Shown here piece by piece: positions 13,016 through 25,550 of a DNA stretch of 64,000 nucleotides. Under the pieces are notes generated by a model, which had not been told where the DNA came from, ran no database searches, and was given only the letters and a program-made list of their open reading frames with translations. The DNA is taken from assembly GCA_013265495.1 (NCBI GenBank), contig MU058384.1, positions 5,886,792 through 5,950,791 of the forward strand, written 5' to 3'. This DNA comes from Vicugna vicugna (lineage: Eukaryota). A program made the translations under genes and the position numbers. Positions within the stretch are counted from its first letter, which is position 1. Each line of letters begins with the position of its first letter.

Positions 13016-14779
13016 CTTCCGTCTCTCGCTGCTCTCTCACTTTCCCCCGCCCCTTCCCCCACTTTCTCTTCCTTTTTCCTGGTTGCCCAGGTCGGGCCGC
13101 GCCTGCCGAAGTGCTTAGATTGGTGTGGGTAGTAGGGGAAAGGTATGATTAGGATAGACGTTTTTTGCTTGAGAATCGCCTAAAAAGATTTCGAAAGAAC
13201 TGTATATCCCTTGTGCATTTTTAGCTGGTAGCTGAACGTGAACACGTTATTTCTGGCGGACAGCTTATTATACACAGACTTTTTTTCCCCCAGAACCTTA
13301 GAACTTTCTCGTTAGCTCAATTTGTAGAAAAGGTTCGCCATTCAACATAATTAGCGAAGCTGATTCTAACGAAGATATTTTCTGTCTGAAAAAAGTCCTG
13401 CTTCGCTTTTTCGGTTAAAATAAACGCGTTAATTTATGCCTTCGTGATAAAGCTCTCATTAAGGAATTGTAACCGTAGTCCTAAAAGAGGTAGGATATGA
13501 GAGCATGGATACACGGATAGATTGATAGGATGGAGAGAGACAGAGACAGAAAAGGCAGGGAGTGTAGGTCAGACTTCTGTCGCGTGTCCCGTCGATATTC
13601 CTTACTCAACTTGGGTTTGCGGTCGGACTCTGCCTTGGGAGCCGGGAGGCACTTCACAGGCTTTTACGCCGCGTAGCCGGATCCAAAAAGGATGGGAGGT
13701 GGGAAAGGGCTGCTGCAGGCTGGGGCTCACGTGGAAGCTGGGTGCCTGGGGACCGAGACCCTTCTGCCGCTCTGCGCCCCAGTAGCCTTGGAATGACCCG
13801 GGGGACCCCGAGGGGCGCACATTCGCCAGTTTGAACCGACGCGCTGGGGTCCGCGGGTGCTCTCGGGACCCCTTGGGGGGTGATCCAGGAGGCGCTGCCT
13901 GCTGGAGCGAGACCCGAATAACGGCCCCGGGAGCTCCAGGCAGCGCGGAACCCCGCAGCGCCCCCGGAGCCCCACTCCCAGGCCAGCGCAGGCCTCTGCT
14001 CCAGAGCTGGGCTGCAGTCAGAAACCTCTGGTACTGGATGAAGCCAACGGGCAGCTCTGATTTAATAAAAGGCCCTGAGGCGGGCTCCTGGGTCCCCGGA
14101 CTCTGATTGGTGTGAATCTTATGCATGAAAAATGGTAACGCCACAGTCCTTTTGAAAGAAAAGACATAAGCTGACTTATGGGGGAATTTGGGAGTAGGCG
14201 ACCATTTGGGTATTTCACTATTTACGGAGTCTCCAAGGACGCCTCTTGATCTTTTTCTTCCCGCTCTGTTAAGCAAAGTATTCGAGCACTGAAAAGCACT
14301 GCAGAATTATAGAAGTTTCATTTTGTTTCAATTTCTGTACCAGCTGTGCTGGAGCGCTAGCGGATGGGGCATCATGATCAGAGCAAGGGGAAGAGCATCT
14401 GAGATGAGAGAGAAACTAAGGTCTGGAAGTTTTAAGTGCCTTTTGGGCCAAGTAGAAGGGAGTTTGGATTTTCCTTCAAGTGCTAGGGGAAGTGAAGGGT
14501 TTTAATCTGTAGAGTGACATAGTCTGATTTACCAAGGAAATAGCAGGGGAAAGGCTCTATTCCAATGATTACTGCCACTGATGAAAAGCCAACTTTAGAG
14601 TGACTCAGGTCTTTATGAGGAGACCGGCAAGATACCTGGTATTGAGCTTGTTACTTTGCACTCTACTCCCCTTTTGTCACAGATTAGTCAACGATTTATC
14701 TCATTACAGTAATTCTCCACTCTGGCATTGGATTTGATTTTACTGCAGGCACCATTCTCCATAGAATTTTTGTATTATT

Positions 14780-14935
14780 ATTATTATTGAATGCTTATAC
14801 ATTATCACATTAGCTCAAACATCATTTCTCTGACCAAGGAATTCACTTCAAGATGAAAGAAGTAAGACAATGAAATAAAGCCCAGGGGCTTCATAGGTCT
14901 TATCATGGGCTCCATTATTCAAGTGCCAGCTAAGG
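14780..14935 (+). mobile_element. ERV-L integrase fragment (degenerate)
   Basis: Translates as DQGIHFKMKEVRQ*..GLHRSYH, resembling the ERV-L integrase motif DQGTHFTAKEVRQW..HGIHWSYH. Confidence 0.55.
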
Positions 14936-16527
14936 TTATAATATGATTCCTTATTGAATATATATAGTGTCTGTTTTGAACCAAGACTCAATTAATACGG
15001 AAATTGACACCTAGGCTGAGAGAATAGTAAGCTTTCTCAGTTAGATCCATGCTACTTAAAATGCGATATATAGACCAAAGCCAGTCTGTAAACTGTACTG
15101 GTCAGCAGCAGTGAAATAGGTACAGAAGTCAAGAGGAGCATTTTGAAACTTTCAGTAATCTGACATCACTGTGGCTTCTAAACAATTCAGTTTTGATATT
15201 TAAGAAAGCATTTGTCTGTGTTGGGCTGGTAACTAAAAATAAATACACAAAAAATGGATCCTTCACCATAGAGTTATGCCCCCTAAGGCTCCAGCTTCAT
15301 GAATTTGGTTAAAAAATAAATAAAAATCAGACAATTGGAATATGTTGGCTACTGCTTGTCTCCCTTAGTGCTTTGAGAGGGAAAAACTGTGGTCCAACAT
15401 GACCTTTCAGAAAGGGACATGCGATAGTGGGACAGTACTGAAACAGCATTGTGAAGAGGCGTGCTTTTTGCCAGTGATTGGGTTATCCTGTACTGAAAGG
15501 GATCAGTATCTACTCAGCCAATTGAAAAGCTGAATTTTCTGCCTCGTGTAAAGTTAACGCACTAACTAGGAATGCAGAGTCCCAGCAGAGCAGTAGAGTC
15601 AGGGAATCCTCATTTCTCACGATTCTTCTCCAGTATCTCCTGCTGTGCGCACTCTTACCAATTGCAAAAGGTAATTCCTCCCATTATGCCAGTCGAGGTG
15701 TGTTCAGCTGAGAGGACAGAGTCTGATAGTGTAACCTGGCTTTATGATCCCAGCTGTTCCCTCCCTCTGCTCTCAGAGTCTATGGCACAGACAGTGAACT
15801 AAGATCTAGGGAGATTGACAGAGCTGCCAGGCCAGTTTCCTGGCAAGAGATAGAAGCAGGAAGGGCAGAGTCCATATTCAAAGCTTAGGTCTCAATGAGA
15901 TTTCTGATAACAAGCTAATAGATTTCCCCCAAGTGACACTGACTAGCAGCCAAGTAAGTTTGAAGGTACTGCCAGAAAGGCCTCAGCCTGGCAAAAGTCA
16001 TCTGCTGGTGTGCTGCTGTCTCAAAGGCAATGTCCCAGTCTCCATATCTGTAGAAAGATGACTTCCATTGCCCAGGCAGTCCCCGGAGATTCCTTCTCAC
16101 TGCTCCTCTAAGGTCGGGTCTTTGAGGATAATAAACAAAGTAAATGCTGGCACTTTGATTGGCTCACCAAAGATCTCAGTTCTCTGCTGGGGAAGGGAGG
16201 TCCTTCTTACCCTTCTTACTTTTGTCCGACAGGCTATGGTATGTGCTCACCACCTCTGCAACGTGCGTCTCCTTCTTGTCCTTTCTCAGTTTTTGTTATC
16301 CCACCCCCACCTCCTTTATTGTATATCTGTGCATTGGGGGAAAACTTAACATTCATCATTTAGTTACATCTGGACCTGATCAAGACTGACTACACTCAAA
16401 GATTCTGAATTTGGCCTGGATGTGACTTTGAGTTTTCTCCTCCCACTGAATAAGGATTGAGCACATTTTTATTTGCATATGGGATCATTGCTTTACGTTA
16501 GGAGAAAGTATAGATATGGAGAAAATA

Positions 16528-16555
16528 GTGTGTGTGTGTGTGTGTGTGTGTGTGT
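16528..16555. repeat. (TG)n microsatellite
   Basis: Directly visible. Confidence 0.9.
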
Positions 16556-17271
16556 TTATACACAATGAACAGCCAAGGGGGATATGAAGGGTACATTTAT
16601 TGTGTTGTCAACCCAGAACTCCTCTCTCCTTCTGGGAAGAGTACTCTTCCCTCCTATTTGGGAAAACTACTTCGACTCTTTGCCTGCCTCCCGTCTAAGG
16701 TGAGTCAGACGGGAGGCGCAGTAGCCACAGTGATTGACAGAGGAGTGAGTCTCCGAGCTAAGCTAGGGCAACCATACAGGATCTGCACTGTGACTGCGTT
16801 GTTGTTCTCAGTTCCAGATTCCCACTGTGGGCCTGTTCTGTGAGGATGGATCCTGGCCCTATAAGCATTCTTCTTTGGCTAGCTATCACGATGTTTAACA
16901 GTAGAAAGCACTGGAGGGACTTTGAAGTAGGAGAAGGTTTTGCTTCCTGGTTCTAGTGTGCTTCCCTGACAGGCATCTGAAGCATGGAAGGCTTTTCTAG
17001 AATCCATCTCCTGCCACACAGGTAGCTCCCCCAGCCCCATGCAGGGGTCTGAAGGGCAGTCGGCAGTGAAGGAAAATCTTCCAAGCGGGCATAAATTCGA
17101 ACAGTGTATTTGTTTGCCCGTCATGTCTGGAGTGAGGGAGGACCAGAATGGGCAGTTGCCAGTGGGTTTTCTAGATGGAATGGGATTGGAAGATTGGTGA
17201 CAAGGAAGAGTGGGGAAATACATGAATGGATTTCTCGAAATGGGCACAAACTTTGAAGATATTTGTGTTCT

Positions 17272-17652
17272 GATATCCAAATGTCCAAATATCATATGAT
17301 ATCACTTATATGTGGAATCTTAAAAAGATGATATAAATGGACTTATTTACAAACCAGAAATAGACTCACAGACATAGAAAACAAACTTATTGTTACCAGC
17401 GGGGAAAGGGGGGAGGGAGGGATAAATTGGGAGTTTGGAACTGGCAGATACCAACCACTCTGTACAGAACAGATAAACAACAAGGTCCTGCTGTGTAGCA
17501 CAGGGAACTATATTCAGTGGCTTGTAGTTGCCTGTACTGAAAAAGAATATTCATATATGTTTAACTCAATCAGAAACTAATACAACAGTGTAAATCAACT
17601 ACACGTCAATACAAATATATATATTTAAAAATAAATTTTTGTTTTTTTAAAA
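17272..17652 (+). mobile_element. 5'-truncated LINE-1 3' end inserted in ERV-L
   Basis: L1 3'-end motifs (ATATCACTTATATGTGGAATCT, TAGCACAGGGAACTATATTCA). TSD AAGATATTTGTGT at 17256-17268 and 17653-17665. Confidence 0.85.
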
Positions 17653-17687
17653 AAGATATTTGTGTCCTATTCGAATGCACACTAAAC

Positions 17688-17727
17688 ATATCTACTGTAG
17701 ATAATCTATCTTATCTACAGTAGATAT
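17688..17727. repeat. Perfect 17-bp inverted repeat with 6-nt spacer
   Basis: ATATCTACTGTAGATAA (17688-17704), TCTATC, TTATCTACAGTAGATAT (17711-17727). Confidence 0.92.
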
Positions 17728-19119
17728 CTACTTAATAATCAGGTGGACAGATTGGCACACTCTGTGATATCAACAGCCTCCTTGCCCAGCCACCCCAGTG
17801 CTTGCTTAAAGACACAGAAACCAAGTGGTCATGGCGGTGGGCATGCAGGCTGCACATGTGCTCAACAACTTGGATTTCCCCATATGAGGGCTCACCTTGC
17901 TGATGCTTCTGCCAAGTGCCTAATTTGTCAAGAGCAGAGAACAATGCTGAGTTCCTGATATTGCCCCAGTCCTCAGAGTGATGACCCAACCATCTGGCAG
18001 GTTGATTACATTGGACCTTGTCCATCATTGAGGGAGCAAAGATTCATCCTCATTGAAATAATTACACGTTTTGGAAATAGATTGGCTTCAACTACTCCTA
18101 ATATTTCTGTCAGCACCACAATCTGTGAACTCACAAAGTGGTTTATTTCTTGTCAGTGAATTACACCCAACACTGCATCTGATCAGGGTACTCACTTCCC
18201 AACATAGGAAGTGTAGCCTATGGAATTAACTGACTACATACACCATCACTTGGAAGCAGCTGGCTTAACTGAACAGCAAAATGACTTACTGAAAACTCAG
18301 TTACAGTCCAATTAGGGGGCAACACCCAGAAGAACGCCATTCTGTTTTACCGGATGCATTTTGAATCAGAGGCCATTATGTGATACTCTCTCCCAGAGCC
18401 AGAGCACATTTGAATCAAAGTGTGGGTTGGGAGTGCCTCTTCTCACAATTTCGCCTAATATTCTGCTCTCAGAATTTTTCTTCCCTTACGTAAGAACTCT
18501 GCTTGCTGCTGGTGTAGAGATCTTAGTCCCCAAGGGGAGAATGCTTCCTTCAGGAAATGCAATGGTTCCACTAAACTGGAAGTTGAAGCTGCCAACTGCT
18601 CATTTGGGGTTCCTTGTATCACTGAAACAAAAAGCAAAAATGGGGTAATCTGCTGGCTGGAGTGATTGATTCTGATTACCAAGGAGAAATTGGCTCACTT
18701 ATTCTACACAACGGAGGCAAGGAGGGCAGCCTGGAACCCAGAAGATTCTCCAGGGATCCTCTTAGTCTTCCATGTCTAATACTAAGGTTAATGAAAAATT
18801 AAAGCAGTCATAAATAAAAGGTAGGATTCTTGATGACTCAGAACCTTCAGAAATGAAGATTTGAGTCATTTCACTAAGCCAAGAATCCCAACCAGCTGAG
18901 GTCCTGGCTGAGAGCAGGGGAAATACAGAAAGGGCAGAGGAAAATGGAAGCCATCGATATTCATTATGGTCTTGTGAACAATGACAGAAACAAGGACTGC
19001 AGCATCTTTGTATATTCTCCATTGACTTATTATAACTATGTGTTTATTCGTACTTGCTTACCATTTTCTCCCTTTCTCTGCTTCCCATTTTTACTTTATA
19101 CTCAAGTTGTCAAAAGTTA

Positions 19120-19890
19120 TGGTGGTCTCCTGGGGCTGCTATAACCAAGTCACGCAAACTTGGTGGCTTTGAATAGTAGAAATTCGTTCTCCCACGGTTC
19201 TGGAAGCCTGGATTTTGAAATCAAGGCATTGAGAGGGTTGGTTTCTCTTGGGAGCTCTGTGTAAGAATGTGTTCCATGTCTTTCTCCCAGCTTCTGGTGA
19301 CCGACTGCCTGGGGATCCTTGACATTCCTTGGTTTATGACACATCACTCCAATCCCTGCCTCCATCTTCATATTGTCTTCTCCTCGGCGTGTCTCTGTGT
19401 CTCAAAGCCCCCTCTTCTTTCTCTTATAAGGGATGCCAGTCATTGGATTTAGGACCCACTTTAAATCCAGGATAATTACATCTCAGGATCCTTAATTTAA
19501 TTACATCTCTAAAGACTATTTCTCTTAAAAATATTTTATTGAAGTATAGTAGATTTACAATGTTGTGTCAGTTTCTGGTGTACAGCAAAGTGATTCGGTT
19601 TCACATATGAATATTCGTTTCCATACTTTTCCATTATGGTTTATTACAGGATATTAAATATCTTGTGCTATACAGTAGCACTTTTTTGTTTATCTGTTTT
19701 ATATACAGTAGCTTGTACCTGCTAACCCCAAACTTCTAATTTATTCCTCCCCCACACCCTTTCCCCTTTAATAACGATACATTTGTTTTTTTATGTAAAG
19801 ACCCCATTTTCACATAAGGTCATGTTCACAGGCACTACAGGTTCGAACTTGGACGGACCTTTTTGAGGCCACACTGTAACTCACTACCCA
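19120..19890 (-). mobile_element. MaLR LTR (MLT1) interrupted by an L1 3' fragment (~19525-19795, minus)
   Basis: MLT1 motifs (GCTGCTATAAC..., TTCTGGAAGCC, AATCCAGGATAAT, TTAATTACATCT). The inserted L1 tail starts TTTTATTGAAGTATAGT. Confidence 0.75.
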
Positions 19891-20544
19891 GGGTGACTTT
19901 GCAGTTAGGCTTTAGGTAACAGAATATCCAGTGGGACTGGTGACTGAATTTGAGGATTAACTAATATAGGCAGCAACGGATACAATGACTCAGAGGACTC
20001 AGTGTCTGCCCATTTGAGGGGAAAGGTGAGAACTTCACTTGTAAGAAGGACAGCAGTATCTTAATACAGAGAAACACAGCATTGATTTATTGTAGAAAGG
20101 TGACAGGTTTCACTAGCGCACGCAGCTCCTACAATGTGAGCAGCTTGAGCATATGTTTCCTGCAACACATGCAGCTCCCTTAGTGCCAAGCCTCTTGGAG
20201 GTAGTTACCCCAACCCACTTATTTATAAATAACTATGTAATCTTTTGTTCTACACAAATAATACACGAATATACTTCTCTGTAGAAACTCAGACAACACA
20301 AACATACACACACAAAATTAAGTCTCCTTAAATCCCCCTCCTCCTGCCATCCCACCTCTCCACAGAATTAACACTGTAGTATGACGTCTCCTTTATATGG
20401 TTCAGAAATTCTCCACTGTTTTAATCTTCTGGCATCCTAGACTCCTTTTTAGTGCTCTGAATTAATTTTCATTTGTATTTCTTCTGTTAATTTAGTTGAA
20501 TTTTGAAACACTAATGAGGTAAGTTTGTGTCTTCAGGCCACCTT

Positions 20545-20686
20545 TTTTTTTTTTTTTTGCAGGGGAGAGGTAATTAAGTTTGTTTGTTTGTTTATTGTTT
20601 ATTTTAATGGAAGTACTGGGGATTGAAGTCAGGACCTTGTACATGCTAAGCATGTGCTCTACCACTGAGCTATACCCTCCCCTGCC
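20545..20686 (-). mobile_element. tRNA-derived SINE (Vic-1-like)
   Basis: Same consensus head and poly(A) tail. Flanking repeat GGCCACCTT at 20536-20544 and 20687-20695. Confidence 0.85.
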
Positions 20687-20807
20687 GGCCACCTTCTTGA
20701 AACAAAATTTAGTTGGTCATTGGATAAATAAGTCAATTCACAACTAATGTAAATAATAATATTATTTTGCAATATATAAAATAAAAAATTATTTTGAAAA
20801 TACATCT

Positions 20808-20820
20808 TGCCCTCTAGTGG
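20808..20820 (-). promoter_or_regulatory. CTCF core motif (CCACTAGAGGGCA)
   Basis: Plus-strand TGCCCTCTAGTGG is a near-perfect reverse CTCF core, isolated in very AT-rich sequence. Confidence 0.6.
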
Positions 20821-20999
20821 TGGGAAAGTTGTCTACTTTATTTCTGCTCTGGAAATTTTGCTGTGCTGTTCAGCAATTCAATTAAACTGGGGGAGCAATT
20901 CAATTAGCAATTCAATTAAGTGGAAGTTGATGCAAAGTGCGGTTAGACTTGTATTGTTTAAAAGAGGAGTGAAGGCATGCTTAACGTGAGATATTGTTA

Positions 21000-21790
21000 A
21001 GTTGGTAAATAAGATTACCAGACTACTGATACTGTTAAGAGATGGTAAAAAAATAGACTGTATAAATTCCCATCTAATAGAAGGCAAAAATAATAAAACA
21101 AATAAATACTTAAATGGATATAAAGAAAGTCAAGGGAGAACAAAACACAGAGTAGAACAAAAGAGAGCATAAAGTAAGCTAGAGAAAACAAGTTTCAAAA
21201 TTTCCAGTAAACATAATACATGTAAATAGATTAACTTCACATGCAAAAAACCAGAAAATATGATAATAGATGAAAAATAATTCAACTACGTTCTGTGTAT
21301 AAATATATTAAGCTCATCAGGTAAGTAATAGAGATGTTCTGGTAGATTAAAAACTAAAATAAACTCTTAAGACTACTTGTTTCCTAAAGATTCTTTATAT
21401 TTAAAGAACAAAAAGAATGAAAGCTAAAAAATGGAAATGATTCCACAAAAATGCTAACCATTGAAAATGAATAGCCATATTAATACTGGATTAATATTGG
21501 CAAAACAAATGAATAGATATATGATGAGAAATTGATAAATTGATATCAGAGCAGACATGCCAATGAATCTCCCTGAATTATTGAGAGATAAAGCAGATAA
21601 AAATTAATAAAGCCATAGGAGTTTTAACTAACACAATTAACAAACTTTTTATTTGCTCTAAAGAATAAAGCCTGAAAGTTCATGGGTGAAGTATTAAGTT
21701 AGAGAAAGAAAAGCAGAAGAAATTCCAAAAAAGCTGAAAAAATATATTTACCTCAAATGGACCAAATACATTTGCAATGTGATCAAGACT
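21000..21790 (+). mobile_element. Very old LINE-1 (L1M) fragments
   Basis: A-rich sequence with residual L1 ORF2 endonuclease-region words (TAATACATGTAAATAGATTAA, AACACAATTAACAAACTT). Confidence 0.45.
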
Positions 21791-23179
21791 TTCTCTTAGT
21801 GATAATATATTATTTTTGACCATTTTTTTCTTTTAATTCCATTTCTCTGTGTGTGTTTTTAAATATAAATACTGAGAATGAAAAAAAGACGTTCCTAAAC
21901 AATGCTGCAGAAGACATTTTAAATTCTTCTTTGTCTCCCCATTTTTCAGACATCATACAGATGGCTATCTTTCTGTTAACTTATTTTTTCTTCAGCGCTG
22001 TTACAATACTATTTATCAGGTATTGGATTTCCCCCCTGAAACTATGCCTTGATTGGATTGGAGTGTTTTTGTATTTCTCCACGAAGCAGCTGTTAGGGTC
22101 ACTTTCATTAGGAATTGATTCTTTCTGGTTTTCTTCTGAGATGGTAGTTTTATACATAAGGATTGATTTTAGCACATTTTCCAGGGTATGGAAATTAAAC
22201 ACTTACAATCAGTGTTTTCTAGTTCATTTGTAGCTTCCACCACACTCTTCCTTAATTCCTTTTGCTCAAGAGAACCTCAAACGTTCGAAGAGGTTTGCTG
22301 AGCTTGTTTTCCTACCTTCCATTTGAAAAATGCTGGGAAACCCTCACCTCACTCCCTCCCTCGCTACTTCCTTACTTTTTGCCTGTGCTGGTCAGCTGGC
22401 TCCTGAAGGTTCTGACCCATCGTCCTCTTCTCATAATCTTAGTAGATTCAAGGTCAGTGTCAAGTCAACTTTGGAATCATAAATCTCAGCTTGAAGGGAC
22501 TTTGGAAATCAATTCAGTTTTATAAATAAGGAAACAAAGACTCACACAATTTTTCCTACTAGTTTCCTCCAGACATAGTTCTAAATCAGTTAGTTTCTTT
22601 CTAAACCCACTACCCATTCAGTAACAATGAGGATCCCTGCTGTGGAAATACCGGAGGAAACGAGAAACAAGGCTGCCACCGTGTGGTGGCATGCTGGAAC
22701 AGTAAGGAGGGGTTTATACAAAGATGTGTGAGACTGGGGAAATTATGCAAGGTCAATTTCCGTTAATTAGAATAGTAATTACCAACTTCTATAATTGTTA
22801 TTTTGACTCATGTAGAGGGATTTGCAAGAACGTGAAATCCTATTCAAGCTACATTAAGAACTCTTAGCATAGCTTTTAGATTGAGCAATAGAGCTGCCTA
22901 AAGTCCCAGGAAGATATAATTGGTGGATGTCCACAGATTGAGAGGTCTCTAGAAGACCCTTAGGGATCTATATTTTTTTAATCTTAAAAATAGGTCTAAA
23001 TATGTGCAATTTTATATTATAAAACCAAATTAAGTAAAATAATATAAGATATTAAATTTTTTAAATTCTCTTTGTTCTTGCCTTTCTTTTAAAACAATCA
23101 GATACTTCTGGCATGATAGACATGTTATATAAATGAGATAATTTAGCTAAATAGAATTTAATGATTGCCAAGTGAAGCA

Positions 23180-23655
23180 TTTATTTATTTATATTTTCCC
23201 CCCTTTATTATTCTTGCTTTTTTTCTATTTATATTTTTTAATTGAAGTATCATTAATTTACAATGTGTTAGTTTATGGTGTACAGCAAAGTGATTCAGTT
23301 ATACATATATATACATATTCTTTTTCATAATAGTTATTACAAGACATTGATATAGTTCCCTGTGCTATACAGTAGGACCTTGTTGTTTATCTATTTATAT
23401 ATATGTATCTGCTAATCCCAAACTCCCAGATTATCCCTCCCACCCTCTTTCCCCTTTGGTAACCATAAGTTTGCTTTCAATGTCTGTGAGTCTGTTTCTG
23501 TTTTGTAAGTAAGTTCATTTATGCCATTTTTTAGATTCCACATATAAGTGATATCATGTGATATTTGCCTTTGTCTGTCTTTATTTAGTATGAGAATCTC
23601 TAGGTCCATCCATGTTGCTGAAAATGGCATTATTTTATTCTTTTTTTATGGCTGC
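23180..23655 (-). mobile_element. LINE-1 3' end
   Basis: Encodes the L1 ORF2 C-terminus MPFSATWMDLEILIL, followed by the same 3'UTR motifs as the 17.3-kb copy and an A-rich tail. Confidence 0.85.
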
Positions 23656-23924
23656 CCTACCTCACTTGCAACTAATGAAAACGGGCAAGGGGTGCATGTC
23701 AGTAACTCTTCCCTTGCTAATCTATGGGGTTAGAAATGGGCTTCCTCTTGTAAAATAGATTGACATTCTTAAAGGAGCCTAACAATCTTCAAGGAGCAGT
23801 CTCTTTTATTAATTGAAAGCAACTGAAAATTATATTCAGCCTATTTTATATTTTTAAAACTTGAAAATCTAGAATATTTGAAATAAAGAAAGTGTACAAC
23901 TGAGGGGCAGCTAGATGCGCCCTG

Positions 23925-24115
23925 GCCTCATGGTCATGAACTTGAACTCTGGGGTCAGATCAATTCTGGATTCAAATTCTAGTGCCAGCACTCACGTGAT
24001 GACTTGGTCAAATTGTTCAACCTCCGCACCCTTCAGTTTTCTTATCTGAAAAATGGGGCTGGTAGCTCCTAACACAATGCCTAGCATGTACTCAGTGCTC
24101 CATAAATGTTAGGCT
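23925..24115 (+). mobile_element. MIR SINE
   Basis: GGATTCAAATTCTAG..TGACTTGG..CAGTTTTCTTATCTGAAAAATGGG. Confidence 0.65.
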
Positions 24116-24766
24116 TATAGGATCACTCAGCAGCAGAGATGTATGTACAACTAGACTTTAAGCACTCTTAACAACCGAACTATCGAATTTCATAGAAAAA
24201 GCTGTAACTTCTATTGTATTTTTTAAGCATTCTCAGGAAAAGTGCGTCATCCTAAAAGTAGCAGATTCTTGCCAGAAGAATTTCTCAAAGGCAGGACCTT
24301 AGTTGAGGCACTACGTTTTTGCCTAGAACATGGAATTTCTTAGCACATAACAAAAAATTCAGTCTCTTGGTAAGAAAGTCAGGCTGAGTTAGTGAACAGA
24401 GCAGCAATTTTCTGGTCAGCTGGTCCCAGGTTCAGATTTTTAGATCTATCACTTACTAGCTGTGTGTTCTCTAACTTCAAATTCCTCGTATGTTTATTAA
24501 AAAGAACAGTAGCGTTTACTTACATCCTGCTTACTATGTCACAGTGCAGACTGTGTTACCCTGCATCAGGGAGATAATGTATGCAAACATCTATTCTTGA
24601 GTAAGTCTCAAGAAATGTTTTTTATTTCCTTGGAATTCTTGATGATGGCGGTGGTGGTGGTGTCTGGAGAAACCCTGGGATTTGGATACCTGGGAGGGTG
24701 ATTTACATATTCATTTTGTATGACGAAGAGACAAATAGAAACAAAGGAAGAGGATGGTTTTAGCAG

Positions 24767-25550
24767 TGTTCCAGTCATCAGTGTCTTGCCTCTCGGCTCC
24801 AAATCCCCCCTTTTTGACTGCTCAGCTCAAAACGCACCCATCCGGTGCTGAATTTTATAAGCATCTCTCCTTTGCCCCGGTGGGATGTTAAGCTTTGTCA
24901 GTAGAGGGCGCCAGAGGGACACTGTGGGCGGAAGGGGCGCCCCTTTCCATTCCACTCACTTGTTTTCCTTCCGGGGGTCAGCTTCTGCAGGCCAGGCTCC
25001 TGCAGCACGTGTGGCAGCCTGTAGCATGTGTGGCAGCCTGCAGCATCCGGTGGCCAATAGAACACAGCACCTCCCTGCGGGGGCCTGTACCCACCATCTC
25101 CTCTGGTGGCTCTGTGGCTTCCGAGGAGTGGCACCTCTTGTGGATGGCTTTCCCTCGTAAAATTTCCAGAGGGCAAATTCCTAGTGAGTCCCAGCCGAGG
25201 TTGCCAGTTTGACAGCCTCTGCTTGCCTCCACCCCAGAGGAGTGTTCCCTGCATGCTGGTCCCTGCTGAAATTCCTTGCTCGCCAGCCTCTGCTCCAAGC
25301 TGCTATGGACTAGCTTTGGTCCAGAACAACACGGGGATCTTCTCCGTCCAGTGGACTTCTCACTAAAACCTGAATCCTAGCCTTGGGAAGGGGTTTCTCT
25401 TCCGTTTGTTCCCCTGTGTGTATGCTCCCTCAGCCCCAGGGTTCTCCCTTTCTAGTTAATCTTTTGCTGCAGTTAGTAACTTTTTAAATTGAATTTTTCC
25501 TGTTCAGATAACTTATATGGTTTCTGCCCTCTGATTGGACATGGGCTGAT
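24767..25550 (+). mobile_element. Old ERVL-class solo LTR (LTR16/LTR33/LTR41-like)
   Basis: GC-richer ~780-bp block with an AGTAGAGGGCGC motif and an LTR-type end (..TGGTTTCTGCCCTCTGATTGGAC..CTGAT). Family assignment is uncertain. Confidence 0.5.
24896..24913 (+). promoter_or_regulatory. CTCF-like motif (TGTCAGTAGAGGGCGCCA) inside an old LTR
   Basis: Matches the CAGYAGRGGGCGC core of the CTCF consensus. Confidence 0.5.

Larger units (their letters stand above)
12230..14100 (-). promoter_or_regulatory. TBPL1: TBPL1 CpG-island promoter (TATA-less, ETS/Sp1/NF-Y type)
   Basis: Very CpG-rich. ETS motif CGGAAGTG (minus, 13021-13014), GC box at 13045-13053 and CCAAT (minus, 13123-13119). TBPL1 is the conserved same-strand downstream neighbour of TCF21, so the identity rests on synteny; no TBPL1 coding exon is in the window. 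Confidence 0.78.
16900..19100 (+). mobile_element. Decayed ERV-L internal region (RNase H, integrase, dUTPase-like), interrupted by L1
   Basis: KIFV motif at ~17256, WQVDYIGP at 17995, DQGTHF at 18181, and VPKGRMLPSGNAMVPLNWKLKLP in ORF 18361-18648. Many stops and frameshifts. Confidence 0.8.

Noticed and set aside
13602..14276. 224-aa ORF upstream of the TBPL1 promoter
   Set aside because: Non-ATG start, GC-driven, no homology that I recognise.
18361..18648. Possible domesticated retroviral dUTPase/integrase gene
   Set aside because: Short fragment flanked by stops and frameshifts; consistent with neutral decay.
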